From Hydrolagus affinis (lineage: Eukaryota): 64,000 nt of DNA. Every line of letters starts with the position of its first letter. Position 1 is the first letter of the stretch. Under the pieces are notes generated by a model. It did not search any database. It was not told the origin of the DNA and was given only the letters and a program-made list of their open reading frames with translations. A program made the translations under genes and the position numbers. The DNA lies in the NCBI GenBank assembly GCA_012026655.1, contig JAAILG010001611.1, positions 1 to 64,000 of the forward strand, given 5' to 3'. Positions 1 through 13,327 of the stretch are shown piece by piece.

Positions 1-120
1 GAGAGGTGGGGAGAGGAGACCGCAGAGCGGATTCTCTCTATTTTGGACTCGAGGAAGTCCAGCATCTCCTCACAACGATCGTTTGAGGAGAGGATCTGCG
101 AAGCGAGGCGGGGGGGGGGG
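1..120 (-). mobile_element. L2-clade LINE ORF2 fragment (linker between endonuclease and RT)
   Basis: Minus strand reads ILSSNDRCEEMLDFLESKIERIRSAVSSPP, resembling the C-x-x-F/M-x-x-F-F/L-x-x-K-I-x-x-I-R motif of L2/CR1 ORF2; runs off the window edge. Confidence 0.55.
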
Positions 121-1454
121 GGCGGAGGAGCTGGTTGGTGGTGGCGAAGAGGAGGCGGTGGTTGTCCTTCACTTCCAAGTGTCATTTTGTGGTTGTTGTT
201 GATTACTAATCCAAATAAATGACATTAATAGGGATCAGAAACCTCTTAGCAATGTACACTGTGTGCTTTTCTGAAGAACTGGCAATGGTGCAGAATATCG
301 TCCGAGCAGGGATCAGAAGTGAATCACGTTTCAGTCTTAACTTCAAGCGAAATGGATCACAGCCCAGAAAGCCACATTGCCCACAAAATAATGAAAATAA
401 TGCAAATGTATCCAGAAAAAAAAAATCAGACTAGGGTTTTTTCAGAGGAAAGTTGGTGAGGAATTGTTTTTTGAAAGAAAGCTATCCAAAAAATTACAGT
501 TACTCCAGCTATGTCAAAGAAAATTTGTAGATGTGCTTTCTTCTCCCTCCCTGATTCGCTGTGCAGATTGGAGATGTTATCTCACTGGTTAAATCTCCTT
601 GTGCTATAACGGATTTTAAAAAAACAGTGGATGTATTCATTCTCCACCTTTGCTAATCTATTTGCATTTTTCAATGTGTATTTTCCATGATCTGTCTCTT
701 GTGGAATGGAATGCGTACTCGAGCTGCAAAGCATCCTGCTCACTTAATTCCAGAAAGTATTAGGCGCAGGTTGGCAAGAGGCAAAGCTTGGGGGATATAC
801 CAGGGAGCCTGAGCTGTCATGCTGCTGCAATCTAACAGAGTATTTTGCTATTGAATATTCAAAGTTTGAAAATCATATTGTTTTCCAGTAAGAATTAGCA
901 ACAACAACAACAAAATCTTCTTTTGAAAGAAATGAAAAATAATCGCCAGATTTTTAGGGAAGTAAATCTAGATTGAGGCTCAAATATTTTTGGGAAGAAT
1001 TGTATTGTTTCCAATGCACATTTGGGGCTGGGTAGCTGAGTTCCGTCCCTTTGCAAAGAATGGACAGGGTGGGTGAGCACAGCTTACGAAAATAAGGATT
1101 GTTAGACAAAAGAAGACCAAGGCCCATCCAGTTCACCTTCCACCATCCTGGCAGACGCATGGACATGTCATGTCCCTAAGTATACACCATGATACTATTT
1201 CCTAAAATAAATCCATCTGATTTGCTGTTGGAAGCTTTTGGTTTTGTGCTGGAGAGTGGAGCCTCTTGTGTATTACAGAAAGAAACCAGATTAAAGAGTG
1301 ACAAGTAACAAATTAAATAAAGCAGGTAGCTTTATGTCTACTGTTGGAAACAGACACAAAATCATTGAGGTGGTTTTATTGTCATTAACCAACGCTGGAG
1401 ATGTGTTAAAGGCTGAATCGCAGAATCTTCAAGTAAACGTTTCAATTTCCAATG

Positions 1455-2120
1455 AACAACAACTTGCATTAATTTAGCACCCTCCACGATGGGCAATGAC
1501 TCAGAGCACTTCACAATGACCGAGGCCGAGCCAGGGGGAGGGGGAAGGTGACTGTAAGTGCGGTCAAAGAGAAAGATCCTTAGGCGCGACCTGAAGATGG
1601 GAAAGGAAAGGGTTCCAAAGTTTCAGGATGTAGTGTTTGAAAGCAGGGCTGCCGATGGTAGAGCAGAGGATTCAGGGGTCAAGAAGGAGGTTGGACCAGG
1701 TGGAGTGGAAGTAGCAGGTACTACTGTGAGAGGAGGTTAGAGAGGTAAGGGGGTGCAGAGGAGTGGAGGGATTCAAACACAAGAGTGAGGATCTTGAAGT
1801 CGATCTGCTGTGTGACAGGGAGCCAATGGAGTTTGGAAAGTAGTGCAGTAATTGGGGTACGAAGTTTGATGTGGGTGAGAATGCAGGCAGCGGAGTTTTG
1901 TATGAGTTGAATTTTGTGGATAGTGGAGGAGAAGAGACCTGCAAGGAGGGCATTGGAGTAGTCTAGCCGAGAGGTGACAAAGGCATCGACCAGGGTTTCA
2001 GCAGCTGTTGGGGTGAAGTATTGGCAGAGATGGGCAATGTGGCAGACGTGGAAGAAAATAGTGCTGGGAAGGGACTGGATGCAGGGGAGGAAGGATAATT
2101 GGGTGTTGAGCTTGATGCCT
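1455..2120 (-). mobile_element. L2 LINE 3' fragment
   Basis: ORF 1721..2185(-) contains SRLDYSNALLAGL...IQNSAACIL...LHWLPVTQQIDFKILTLVF (L2 ORF2 C-terminus); (GTT)n tail near 1455. Confidence 0.85.
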
Positions 2121-2714
2121 AATTTGTGTGTAATAAAAGCAAAAGTTTGAGAAAGCATTGAGAACACTGATCCAGCACAATGCAAATAAAGCTAATAATG
2201 GGCAGACTGGGGAAGAAACATATTTGTGGCAGGTTTATTTTGGTAAGATGTTTAACAGAGTGACTCAGTTTATCTGGAATGTTTGTTTGCAGTAAGCCCC
2301 AGTTCAGAGCGGCAGCTTTAATTAAACATTGTCATTCAACACCCTTATCTTATCCTGGACCTTTGACATAAAACTGTGGGTTGTGGAAGGATTGAAACCT
2401 TCATTATTTTTTGCTAGTTATTAAAATACATATAAAATACAGATACATTTTGCCCACAAAGTACACACAAAATGCACTTTACAATATATCTTGTGAAGCG
2501 CTTTAAAACGTTTCAACAATATAAGGCGCTATAATCAAATTGCAATGATTATGATTATTAAACAGGGTACACCACTAACTTGATACAGACTCGAATCTCG
2601 TGGATTAATCCTGACAATGATGGTTTTGAAAGGACACAGGCTTCCACTGAATTACCAGGATATAATAACATGAAAGGCGCTCTATAAATGTAATGTTGTT
2701 GCGGTTGTTATTTT

Positions 2715-2935
2715 GAAGTCTCAAACTGCTTCACAGAATATACTATAAAGTGAATGATATATATGTATATGTGGGCGAAACACGGCAGCCGATCGGCACA
2801 GCAGTGCCCCACCAACAGTCCTGCGTCGAAACGATCAACTTTTCTGGGATTATTATCTGGGAAGTGTGGAGTAAGGAAACCAGCCCAGGAATGCCAGGAA
2901 TGGAAACCCAGGTCTATCCTGCTAACTCCTCAGTG
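2715..2935 (-). mobile_element. tRNA-derived SINE, degenerate copy
   Basis: Matches copies at 6180, 11617 and 60914 (cttcacagaatatact...gtgggcgaaacacggcagcc...gtgtggagtaaggaaac). Confidence 0.7.
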
Positions 2936-4099
2936 CAAAGGTAACGGTGGTTGCCACATACCCTGGCACAGTCAGTGTATCAGCAGAATGGACTCCTGCA
3001 CCGCGTTGAAACTTTGCTCGAATTATTGCCCCCTTGAGATTTCGGGTGAGCGGCGTCAAGTATCCTCCTCGCAGTAACTAGTATCTGCTTTTAGCTCAGA
3101 GCGTGGAATCTGTGTGTACTCCATGGGGAACGGTTTGCAAGTAATATTACTGGCGATGTTGATCTAAGAGGCTTCTGTCAATACGAGCCGACTGGAAAGT
3201 TAAACACCTCGTAAGAACTCCAGAAATGTATCAATGAACTAAATCAGGGGGGTTGGGGAGGGGGAGGAGGAGGGGGGGGGAGGGGGGAGGTAAAGGTGCC
3301 TTTTCAGTCTTCCAGCCCAGCGCCACAGCACAACAGGGAGAATGTCTGACTCTCCAGCATGCTCTACTGAGGGTGATATTTTACCTGTTAAAACTTAAGG
3401 CAACTTCACCACCACCACCACCAGCAGCAACAACAACAACCACCGCAAAATCATCCTCACGCTACAGCACAGGCAGGTTTGGGGAAGGTGTGGAGACAGG
3501 CAAACGTTAATTGTGTGGCCAGGAGGCTTTTTAACAACAACAAAAATTGAATGCTGCCAATCTTACATTCACTGCTCCTCACTTTTCAGATGGATCCATT
3601 TTTTTCTATAGTGGCGACTGAACGAATACAGAGAGAGAGAGAGGGAGAGGTGGGGGTGGGGAGAGAGGTGGGAGGCTAACTAGAGATTTCACAACAGATC
3701 TAACTGTTCAAACCATGGGTTTGTCTTTAATCAGGAGCAGAGAGGCTGAGGCTACCTCCTGGCAACCAGCTCACTCTCATGTAGGATTAGTATATGTAGC
3801 TTCCTGTTACAGCCCAGCTTCGCAGTGGCCAGGGAATCAAAGTCTGACGCTTTAAGTATCAGATTTGAAGATAGGCTGACTTTTCGGTGGGGGCTTAGTT
3901 GCGGGCGCGGTGTTTGTTTAAGCGAAGAGGTAAGGGAGGGGGTGAAATCTGGGTGGGTGGGTTTGGTGGGTGGGTGAGAGGGATGGGATGGGGAATGGGG
4001 TGGGAACGCGATCTTGATCTGTGTGATAAGTTGGAAGAAACATCTTACGAGCCTCGTGTTTGAGATTCCCCTGGTCTGTGGATGTAGCTGTTTGGAGAG

Positions 4100-4245
4100 C
4101 AGTGAGTGGGTGGACGAGTGAGTGAGTGAGTGGGCGAGTGAGTGTGTGTGTGTGTGTGAGAGTGAGTGGTTGAGAGAGTGAGTGAGTGGTTGAGAAAATG
4201 TGTGTGTATGTGTGAGTGAGTGTGTGAGAGAGAGAGAGAGTGAGT
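4100..4245. repeat. (GTGA)n/(GT)n/(GA)n microsatellite upstream of TPM1 exon 1a
   Basis: Directly visible. Confidence 0.9.
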
Positions 4246-4319
4246 TGCTGTGATTAGAAATAGGAAAATGTGCTGACGAGAAATGTGCTCAAACGCACAC
4301 AGCCCCACACACACCCCAA

Positions 4320-4843
<524 letters not shown>

Positions 4844-5162
4844 TAACTAACTCACCCCTCCACCCACCCACCCCCCAAAAAAAAACTTAATTACAGCTGT
4901 TTTAGACTTAGTATTTCTTACCGGAGTCGTTGGTCGTGTTTTTAAAAAGTTTTCAAACTTGTTCTAAGTACAGACAGGGGGAGGAGGAAGTAAGTAAGAG
5001 TTGGGATTCGATCACTAGACATTAAAGTAAAAACACATTGAGATTTCAAACGGGTTCATTAGGCGTCCCAACTACAGTATGTGTGTATTAATTGTGTGTG
5101 TATTTGCATGTACTATAGATACATATATATATGTGTGTGTGTGTGTGTATGTACATATATAG

Positions 5163-5288
5163 CTTGAGGATGACAATGTGCAATTGGAAAAGAAGTTGCG
5201 TGCGGTGGAGGATGAGAGGGATAAAATTTTGGAAGATTTCAACAAGGCTGAGGAGCGCCAGCTGGCGGCAGAGGAGAACGCAACGAAG
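5163..5288 (+). CDS. TPM1: Tropomyosin alpha-1 exon 2a (smooth-muscle alternative)
   Basis: LEDDNVQLEKKLRAVEDERDKILEDFNKAEERQLAAEENATK; 126 nt; AG/GT flanks. Confidence 0.93.
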
Positions 5289-5537
5289 GTACTTTCTCTT
5301 TTGGAGCAGTGAACACAAACTAACTGTACGGTCTGCTTTTTTTTTCTTCTTTTCTCTCTCCCTGTCTCTGTCTGTCTGTCTGTCTGTCCTTCTCTCCACT
5401 TTGCCACGGCCATTCTACGCGATCACCCTCTCTCTCTGCCTGGCTGACTTGCCTGCCCTGCCTGTCCCACACACCACACCACCACCACCACCACCACACA
5501 CTCACTCTCTCGCTGTGTGGGGTGACTGACCGTGTGA

Positions 5538-5714
<177 letters not shown>

Positions 5715-6179
5715 TAGCTAAGCCACCAGCATTATTTCTCCACCCCTCCCACCACCCCACCCCCTTTTTCAGTCTCTCCAACGCTCCTTCTTTGCATTGC
5801 TTAAAATCTTCCTCTTAAATCTTCTTCTTCAATCACTGTTGTTATTGTTAACCGATGGTGGTATCTCTCCCTTATAGTACATATTTCCCTGGTTGTGACA
5901 TTTTTAAACCCGTCCCGATATTTAACACCCAGATTCCGTCTACTGTACAAAAATAAACCTTTGTGAGGCTTACACCAGAGGGATATTTGCAGGGTGTTCT
6001 GCGAGCGAGCGGTTATATTTAGCTCAGTGCTTTATATGGTATTGAACTGCAAGCTCTCCCAGGACTTGCCCCCTAACCAGTATTAAATTATTCTTCACTT
6101 GTTGAACAGGAGTGTCTAACACGTTTGACATACAAGCGAGGACTGACTCATTTGCTCATAGAGATATCTTTCAAGTATT

Positions 6180-6506
6180 AATGATAATAACCCCTGCAAC
6201 CTGATACAGCGGCTTTCACATCTTCTAGACGTCTCAAAGCACTTCACAGAATATACTGTAAAGTGAATTGACTGTTTATTTGCAGGTGAAACGCGGCAGC
6301 CAATTGCGCACAGCAGTGTCTCCACAACAGCCGTGGTTTGAAATGACCAATTCTATTATTCTATTTTTTTGAGGGATTATTACAGTACAGTATTAGGTGT
6401 GTGGAGTAAGGAAACTTGCCCCAGGTTTCGCCCTGACCTACCTAGATTCAAACACAGGTCCCACGCTTCTAAGGCGAGTGCTCTAACCACTGAGCTACAG
6501 GATTCC
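6180..6506 (-). mobile_element. Full-length tRNA-derived SINE with L2-type tail
   Basis: tRNA-like head on the minus strand (TGTAGCTCAGTGGTTAGAGCACTCGCC...), body and (ATT)n tail shared with other copies. Confidence 0.88.
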
Positions 6507-8394
6507 CTTAAATTAATTTAAGGTCTAACATTTTTTTTTCTTCAAACAGAAACAAAAGAATCCCCCACTCCCCCACCCCAAACTTGCAAATGATTGAACT
6601 GAATGTTCCATAAAGGTTTTTTTTAATGTACCATTTTGAAACACTTTTCTTCTGATCCAGTGGCTTAACGTTAGAAAATACAGGCACAATGAGCGTCTTG
6701 CAATAAACCCTTTAACCACATGGAAGCCATCTATTTGTAATATGAGTTGAAGTTAGGTTAGTGTGAGATATTCCTTAAAAGGAAAAGTATGCTGACTATT
6801 CCAAGTAGCAGTTGGATTTCTGGCATCTAAGAACAAAAGATCATCACTTACCCAGATGGACTTGTGGTTAAACTTAAAGGAAACAGCAATATTTCTGATA
6901 ATGAATATGATTCTTGTATTTTAATATTTGACGTGCGGTTCTTATTTTATATTCAAATGTGAATATATATATTTATTCCAAGGAATAAGTATGTGATACT
7001 ACTAAGTTTCATTTTTGTGGGAATTTCTATTTGACTTTGTGAAAGAACTGGAGACTAACACATCTTGTCTGTAAGGTTGTTTATACTTTCATTTCATTTT
7101 GTTCCGTTTTTTAGCCTAAATTTTCTCTCCATTGGCATATGGATCTCTGAAACTGGTATGATCTCCTCTTGCTTGAGTGCAGTTCCACAGACACTGGTTA
7201 ACCTCTGGTAACCAATTGGCCATAATTCATGTGTGGGCCTTGGAAGTGAATGTGAGAAGGCACCATGACCTCTCCCTACCCCACTGCCACACACCCACAC
7301 ACGTAGAAGAACTAGGAGCAGGGACACTGGCTAGATTTCCCCTCCCCAACCCCTAGAAGACCTGAGCCAATTTAGCCTCCCCATTGCAGTTCTAGCTGAG
7401 ACCAGCAAACTTTGAACCAGCAAGCTCCTATTCTATAAGCTGCAGAACTTTCCAAACCATCAAGGCTTTTGCAAAAGCTCCTCTGCCAGTTTACGCATTG
7501 GACTTCTCTCACTTGCATTGTGAAATATTAAAGATCATTTGAGAGAATCCCAATTTACGGGAATAAAAATGAAACATATTCCATATGGAATCTCAATCTG
7601 CACCTTTAAGGTTTTAAGGTGGAAAATTGGCTGAGTGTACAGGTTAGTCAACAGCTACCCAAAATAAACAACTTGCTTTTTTCATTCTGCTTTCATGCTC
7701 CTCTGGGTAGGGACTCATCTCTGGGGTACCATTCCATGGATGTTCCTAGTTCTTGCCTGACCTTCCCCAAGTGACCAAAATTCTTCAATGTATGAGCCTG
7801 GTAATGAGGGTCAGAAGTTCATTTGACTTATGGAGTTTGGTGCCATAGCTCAGGCCTCCCCTTCCCTATATTCCCCTCACACCAAGAGTTCACTGACTAC
7901 CCATCAGGGAACCATGACTGTTCTTCTCCCATCCCTAGCACAGGAACACTTATGATACTTGTAGGATGCCCACACTTGTGGCATTCAAACCTGTATTTTT
8001 TATTTTTGGTGGTTCGTTTTTTGCTGATCAAGTGATGGAAATAGATCCTTCCCCACTACCCCAACCCTTGCTCGCCATTGAGAACCCAGAATCCCCAATT
8101 TGAATTCCCAAGTTGCCAGCCACAGAAGCAGTCTTTCTGTCCTTCAATAAAGTGGTACCTCAACTTCAGAACCCCCACCCCACCCTTACCCCCCCACCCC
8201 TCCACCCCCACCCTTACTGAATCAGTCCAGGAGGCTCTATTCCCCTGGATCCTGAACCACAGTACATAAAAGAACATGATCATTTCCTCAGCCTAGACAA
8301 GATTCAAACCCTCAAAGCCCAGAGCTGAAAGAGAAGGGTTGCTAGCTCACTGCTTGAATCAATACTTCGAACACTTGTGGAATAAATGCCACAT

Positions 8395-8585
8395 AATAAT
8401 CATAATAATCCTTGCATTTGATATAGCGCTTTTCACGTCTTCTGGACGTTTTCAAAGCGCTTCACAGAGTATTCTGTAAAGTGAATTGACTGTATATTTT
8501 TGGTCGAAACGAGACAGCCATTTGTACACAGCAGTGTCCCATAAACAGTCAGGAAAATTGACCAATTCCATTGTTATTTTTGAAT
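8395..8585 (-). mobile_element. SINE 3' half
   Basis: aatccttgcatttgatatagcgcttttcacgtc... same family as the full-length copies. Confidence 0.8.
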
Positions 8586-9307
8586 ATATATATATATATA
8601 TTAAAAACAAGTTTACTGCAGCAAGATTAATAAGAACCCCCAAACCTAACGAATAACTCATGTCAGGACCAGAGCTTGTTTGCCATATCCTGGAGTTGTT
8701 CTCAGTTAACAATATCAAAAAAAATTAATGGATATTTTTGTAATATCAAGATGAAATTGATCAGTGACGTTTTCCATTCTATGTCTTTCAACGTGACCTT
8801 ATGGCATTGAGTGTGTATGAATGTGTGTGTGTGTATGTGTGTGTGACTGTATGGTTTGGAATTAACCTGTAGGTGGCGATTGAACACAAGCCCATTTTAA
8901 ACACCTTGGAATGTGAAACCTTCAAGAATTATAATATCTAGGCGTGACACTCAGAGAGAGAGGGGGAGGGGGGGGGGGGGAGAGAAAAAGGAGAGAGAAA
9001 AAAAATGCAAACACTGTCTAAGTGTTTTAAATTGTATAATGGCTTCCCAAATTGCTTGGCTAGTCTGATTTGGTAACATTTTATTTCCCTTTTAATACAA
9101 TCCAAAAAATCTTTGCGATTGGTAAGGGGGGGGGCGGGGGGTTAAAATCAGAGGTATTTCCGGTTGTGAGAGCAGAAGTAGCTGGGAGTGTTTTTATTAA
9201 GCTGTACTTTCCGCTTTGGGAGTTGGGGTGTAAATTTAAAGGGTGTGTGTGTGTGTAAAAAAAAAGCAAAGGGAATTTTTATATATAAAACACACAGAAG
9301 TGAAATT

Positions 9308-9439
9308 ATGGCTGGTCTCACATCCATTGAAGCAGTGAAGAGGAGGATTAGAAACTTGCAGGATCAGGCAGACCTCGCTGAGGAAAAGGCAGAGAAGCTG
9401 CAGAGAGACGCCGACACGGAAAGGCAAAGCAGAGAGCAA
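9308..9439 (+). CDS. TPM1: Tropomyosin alpha-1 exon 1b (low-molecular-weight isoform first exon)
   Basis: MAGLTSIEAVKRRIRNLQDQADLAEEKAEKLQRDADTERQSREQ; 132 nt; GTGAGC donor. Confidence 0.95.
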
Positions 9440-9489
9440 GTGAGCACCAGTCACATTCAGGGGTTCAGGAGGCCTCGGCACCTACAGCT

Positions 9490-9935
9490 CATACACCACA
9501 CACACATACACCACACACACACACTGCATACATCACATACACCACACACACACACTGCTTACATCACATACACCACACACACACACACTGCTTACATCAC
9601 ATACACCACACACACACACACACTGCTTACATCACATACACCACACACACACTGCATACATCACATACACCACACACAGCATACATCACATACACCACAC
9701 ACACACTGCATACATCACATACACCACACACACACACACACTGCATACATCACATACAGCACACACACTCACTGCATACATCACATACAGCACACACACA
9801 CACAGTGCATACATCATATACAGCACAACAATCACACACATATATAGCACATACATCACACACTGCACACAACACACACGGTACATACACCACACACTAC
9901 AGTACATATAGCACGGCACTAAAATCACACACAGC
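9490..9935. repeat. CA-rich minisatellite (unit ~CTGCATACATCACATACACCAC(AC)n)
   Basis: About a dozen visible imperfect units of variable length. Confidence 0.9.
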
Positions 9936-10167
9936 ATCCAGGCAGCGCTGTAGCCCAGCCCCTGGGTTCTGTTCTGTTTGTTCCCTTCAGAAGGTGTCTG
10001 TCTGTCTCTCAGGGTTAGTCTGTATTGTGGCTCTCACCACAAACAGGCCAGGTATTCTCCTGAGCCCCGCCGATGTGGCCTACCTTCCGGCTCTTAGCTG
10101 CCAGTTTTGCAAATTGTGTTTGCGGTTTGCTTTTCGTTTTGAGACCCTCTTTATTGAGATTAATTAG

Positions 10168-10275
10168 GAGGGGTGGAGGCTGGGGTGGGGGTGGGGAGGG
10201 GGGGGGGAGCTGGGGAGTGGGGGGGGGGAGCTGGGGTGGGGGGAGTGGGGGGGGGGGAGCTGGGGTGGGGGGGAA
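10168..10275 (+). repeat. G-rich tandem repeat (GGGGGGGAGCTGGGG(A/T)GTGG), G-quadruplex-prone
   Basis: Directly visible multiple runs of 4 or more G. Confidence 0.85.
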
Positions 10276-11616
10276 TGCAAAGTGATGAGTCGGTTTCCCA
10301 CAAATGCAAAGTGCACATTGTCTCAGCGTCTCCAGCTCCAAGTTAACCATCTCTGCCTTGAAACGTTACAAAATGCAGTTTACATTTTAAATCGTTATTT
10401 TCTTTTCGAGGTCACTATTCACGGTGTGGGTGATGGGGATAAATTGTAACTTCGACGTGCCCCCGTCGCCCTTTTAACTAGCCTTTCATGCAGTCTTTCA
10501 CTTAGTTGCCTGAATCCAATAGATAAATAGCGTTTGGAACATTTAATAGGTCAATGGGAATATTTGTCGAGTTGGTTTTTGAAGGGTAGAGAAATGCTGT
10601 GCCTTTCCCTCTGCTGTGATTTGCACCAGCCAGTGATCTGAGCAAATGCTTTCCTTTAATCCTTTAAATCTACTCGAAGAGTTTGCTCAGATCAGCTCGT
10701 GTGAAGTACAAAGGAATGGCAGCTGCATAAGTTTAACTGGGTTCAGCTCAGAATATCTTGTAAGATTCCAACTCATTGGAACAAAAACGATCTGGAAAAT
10801 TAAAGGAAAAGGGTGAAACCCTTCCCTTTAAATAAATGTAGATCACTGCCCCCTGTTTAATCTGGTCCCATTTTAACAAAATACTGTTTGAGTGGATTTG
10901 TGTTTGGTTTCTTTGAATATCAGGCATGTGTCCTGCTCAGAATAATCCCAGCCTAAAGAGAAAACATGCAAGAAAGTTGAGCACTGGGTGATTTTGTTCA
11001 CACTCCACTTCCCTTAACTGGCTTTTCTGGGTGCAGTAATGCTGATGTTACCAACCTTGGTTTTGCTTATTGCTATATAAGGGCAATGAATCCTGTACTG
11101 AAACTTTGTAACATGGGAGGAAGAAGGAATGAGGGTGTTGGGCAATCCTCCACTGATTTGATTGTCATAAAAGTTACAGGAAGCTACAATGACCTTTAAC
11201 TAGTTTGGGAGTCGTGGACTTAAATCAAAGTTAAACTAAAGTGTCATTGGATATGTGAGAAAGCAATATCGGATGGGGTTTTATTGTAGGATTCCCAAAA
11301 ATAATTCCCCCCCAATTTTATTTTGTAGCTGTGGTGCTTTATCAGACCAGTTCTGATGACTCGACATAATACATGTAACATTAGCTATGTAAATTAAGGG
11401 GGGGTGGAAGTTTAATTCTTACTCTGTATTAGGTGAATCTATCCATGGCAGAATTTGGGGTTTTGCAAAAGCTGTTGGGTATATCCAGTCACTGCTGTAA
11501 AGTGTGAATGTCTGAACAGCAACTGAGGATCAGATCAGACTTGGCTATGATCTCCTCATAGGTGAATAGTTTTAACACTTACCGTTTGGGCTCATGCACG
11601 AAGACTCGTGTGGAGT

Positions 11617-11921
11617 GGAGTCCTGTAGTTCTGTGGTTAGTGCACTCGCCTTGCAAGCGAGAGACTTGGGTTCAATTCCAAGCAGGGCCAAACCTTCAGC
11701 AGGTTTCCTTACTCGACACGCCTGATAATAATCCCTAAAAAGAAATTTTAATTTGGTCATTTCAATCCACAACTGTTTGTGGGATACTTCTGTGTGCAAT
11801 TGGCTGCCACGTTTTGCCCACAAAATATAGTCAATTTACTTTGCTGTATACTCTGTGAAGCGTTTTGAGATGTCTAGAAGACATGAAAAGGCACTATATT
11901 AAATGCAAGGATTATTATTAT
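11617..11921 (+). mobile_element. Full-length tRNA-derived SINE
   Basis: TCCTGTAGTTCTGTGGTTAGTGCACTCGCCTTGCAAGCGAGAGACTTGGGTTCAATTCC head with A/B boxes; (ATT)n tail. Confidence 0.88.
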
Positions 11922-13114
11922 AAGAATAGGCACAAGGTGAGGTACTGAAGGCTGATTGTGCCAATCGTACTGTGTCCTTAATAGAGTTGGTGTCTGATTT
12001 CAGTGGGGAGGGAGAGAGAAAATGTTTCCACGAAGTCACACCGCAAAGTTGGTTTCATGGAAACATTTCTGTGAATTTCATTTGTGCTTTACTGGCTAGA
12101 TATGAGTTGCATTTACATAGCACCCATCATACTGTCACACAGCCCCATGGTGCTATATAAGTTGTTGTTGTAATTCTCACATTCAGCATCAGCAATATAG
12201 AGCTGCAGTGTTTTGCTAGCATTGTGATTTGCAATGCAAAAATGCTCTCAACTGGAATATGAGAAGTTTTAGAGATGTCCTTCTTGAAATAACACTCTAG
12301 TCGATTGCAACTTGGAATATTATTATTTTGAATCCTGCAGCTCTGTTTGAGTTTGCTTCATAGAAAATGTGGTGTAGTTCCCAGTTTGCAAACAGTTTCG
12401 GTAGACACATTAACTGTAGACTGCTACACCAAACTGATCTGAATACATTTTTTTCAAAAAAATTAAAAGCTGTACGCTTTGGTTTGAGCTGTTTTAGTGC
12501 TTGTTTTTTTTTAACAAAGGCTGGCTGTGGGCCCACACATCAGATGCAAAAACTGGGTAACTTGCTAATGGTTTGGCCAGTTCCCACAAATGAGAGAGGA
12601 CGTCAAATTTAGACATTTTTCTCCCCAGAAATATTGCCTTTTATGGTCTAACTTCTTTCATCTAACTGCAGAAATAATGCTATTGGAATGTTGTGAGACC
12701 AAAAATGTGATTTACCCAATAGGCTAGGCTATCTTACCATCTGTGACAACAATTGAATGTTCCAAAAATTACTGATTTTAATAATTTTCCCAACATTTTC
12801 CGACAAGATTTACCGTTGAGGAAAACCTTTCTGTGTAAAGCATTTCCTAGACAGTCTCACTTGTCAGTTCTAAACAAGAGTTGGAATTAATAGGACAACA
12901 ATTCTTGTGTGAAGGATGTTTACCTCATTCTAACACCGGGAGATACTGAACATCAACCTTATTCACGGTAGGTTAAAATGACTTTACGCTGTTGATGATA
13001 ACATTGTACGCACGCCAGAAAAACCCAAATAAAACATGCTCTCGAGCGCCGAAGATAGGGGAGAAAGTGACGTTGTGACCCTGTGTCGCACCAGTGCACA
13101 ACCTGTACACATAG

Positions 13115-13327
<213 letters not shown>

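Noticed and set aside
46-90. Short hairpins at the window start (CTCCTCACAACGATCGTTTGAGGAG)
   Set aside because: They fall within an apparent L2 ORF2 fragment; no support for an RNA gene
7130-8360. Possible ancient SINE-like remnants (also ~11490-11610, ~11925-12020, ~28040-28400)
   Set aside because: Too degenerate to delimit or name by eye; needs a Dfam/RepeatModeler search
9440-9847. His/Thr-rich extension of the 219-aa ORF 9188..9847
   Set aside because: Read-through of exon 1b into the CA minisatellite; a canonical donor sits at 9440
9490-9935. CRISPR-like repeat array
   Set aside because: The intervening sequence is only variable (CA)n with no unique spacers; vertebrate DNA and no cas genes
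11617-11690. tRNA gene (also at 6430-6506, 45735-45812, 60914-60985, 63240-63309)
   Set aside because: These tRNA-like heads are attached to a SINE body and tail and lack a proper acceptor stem
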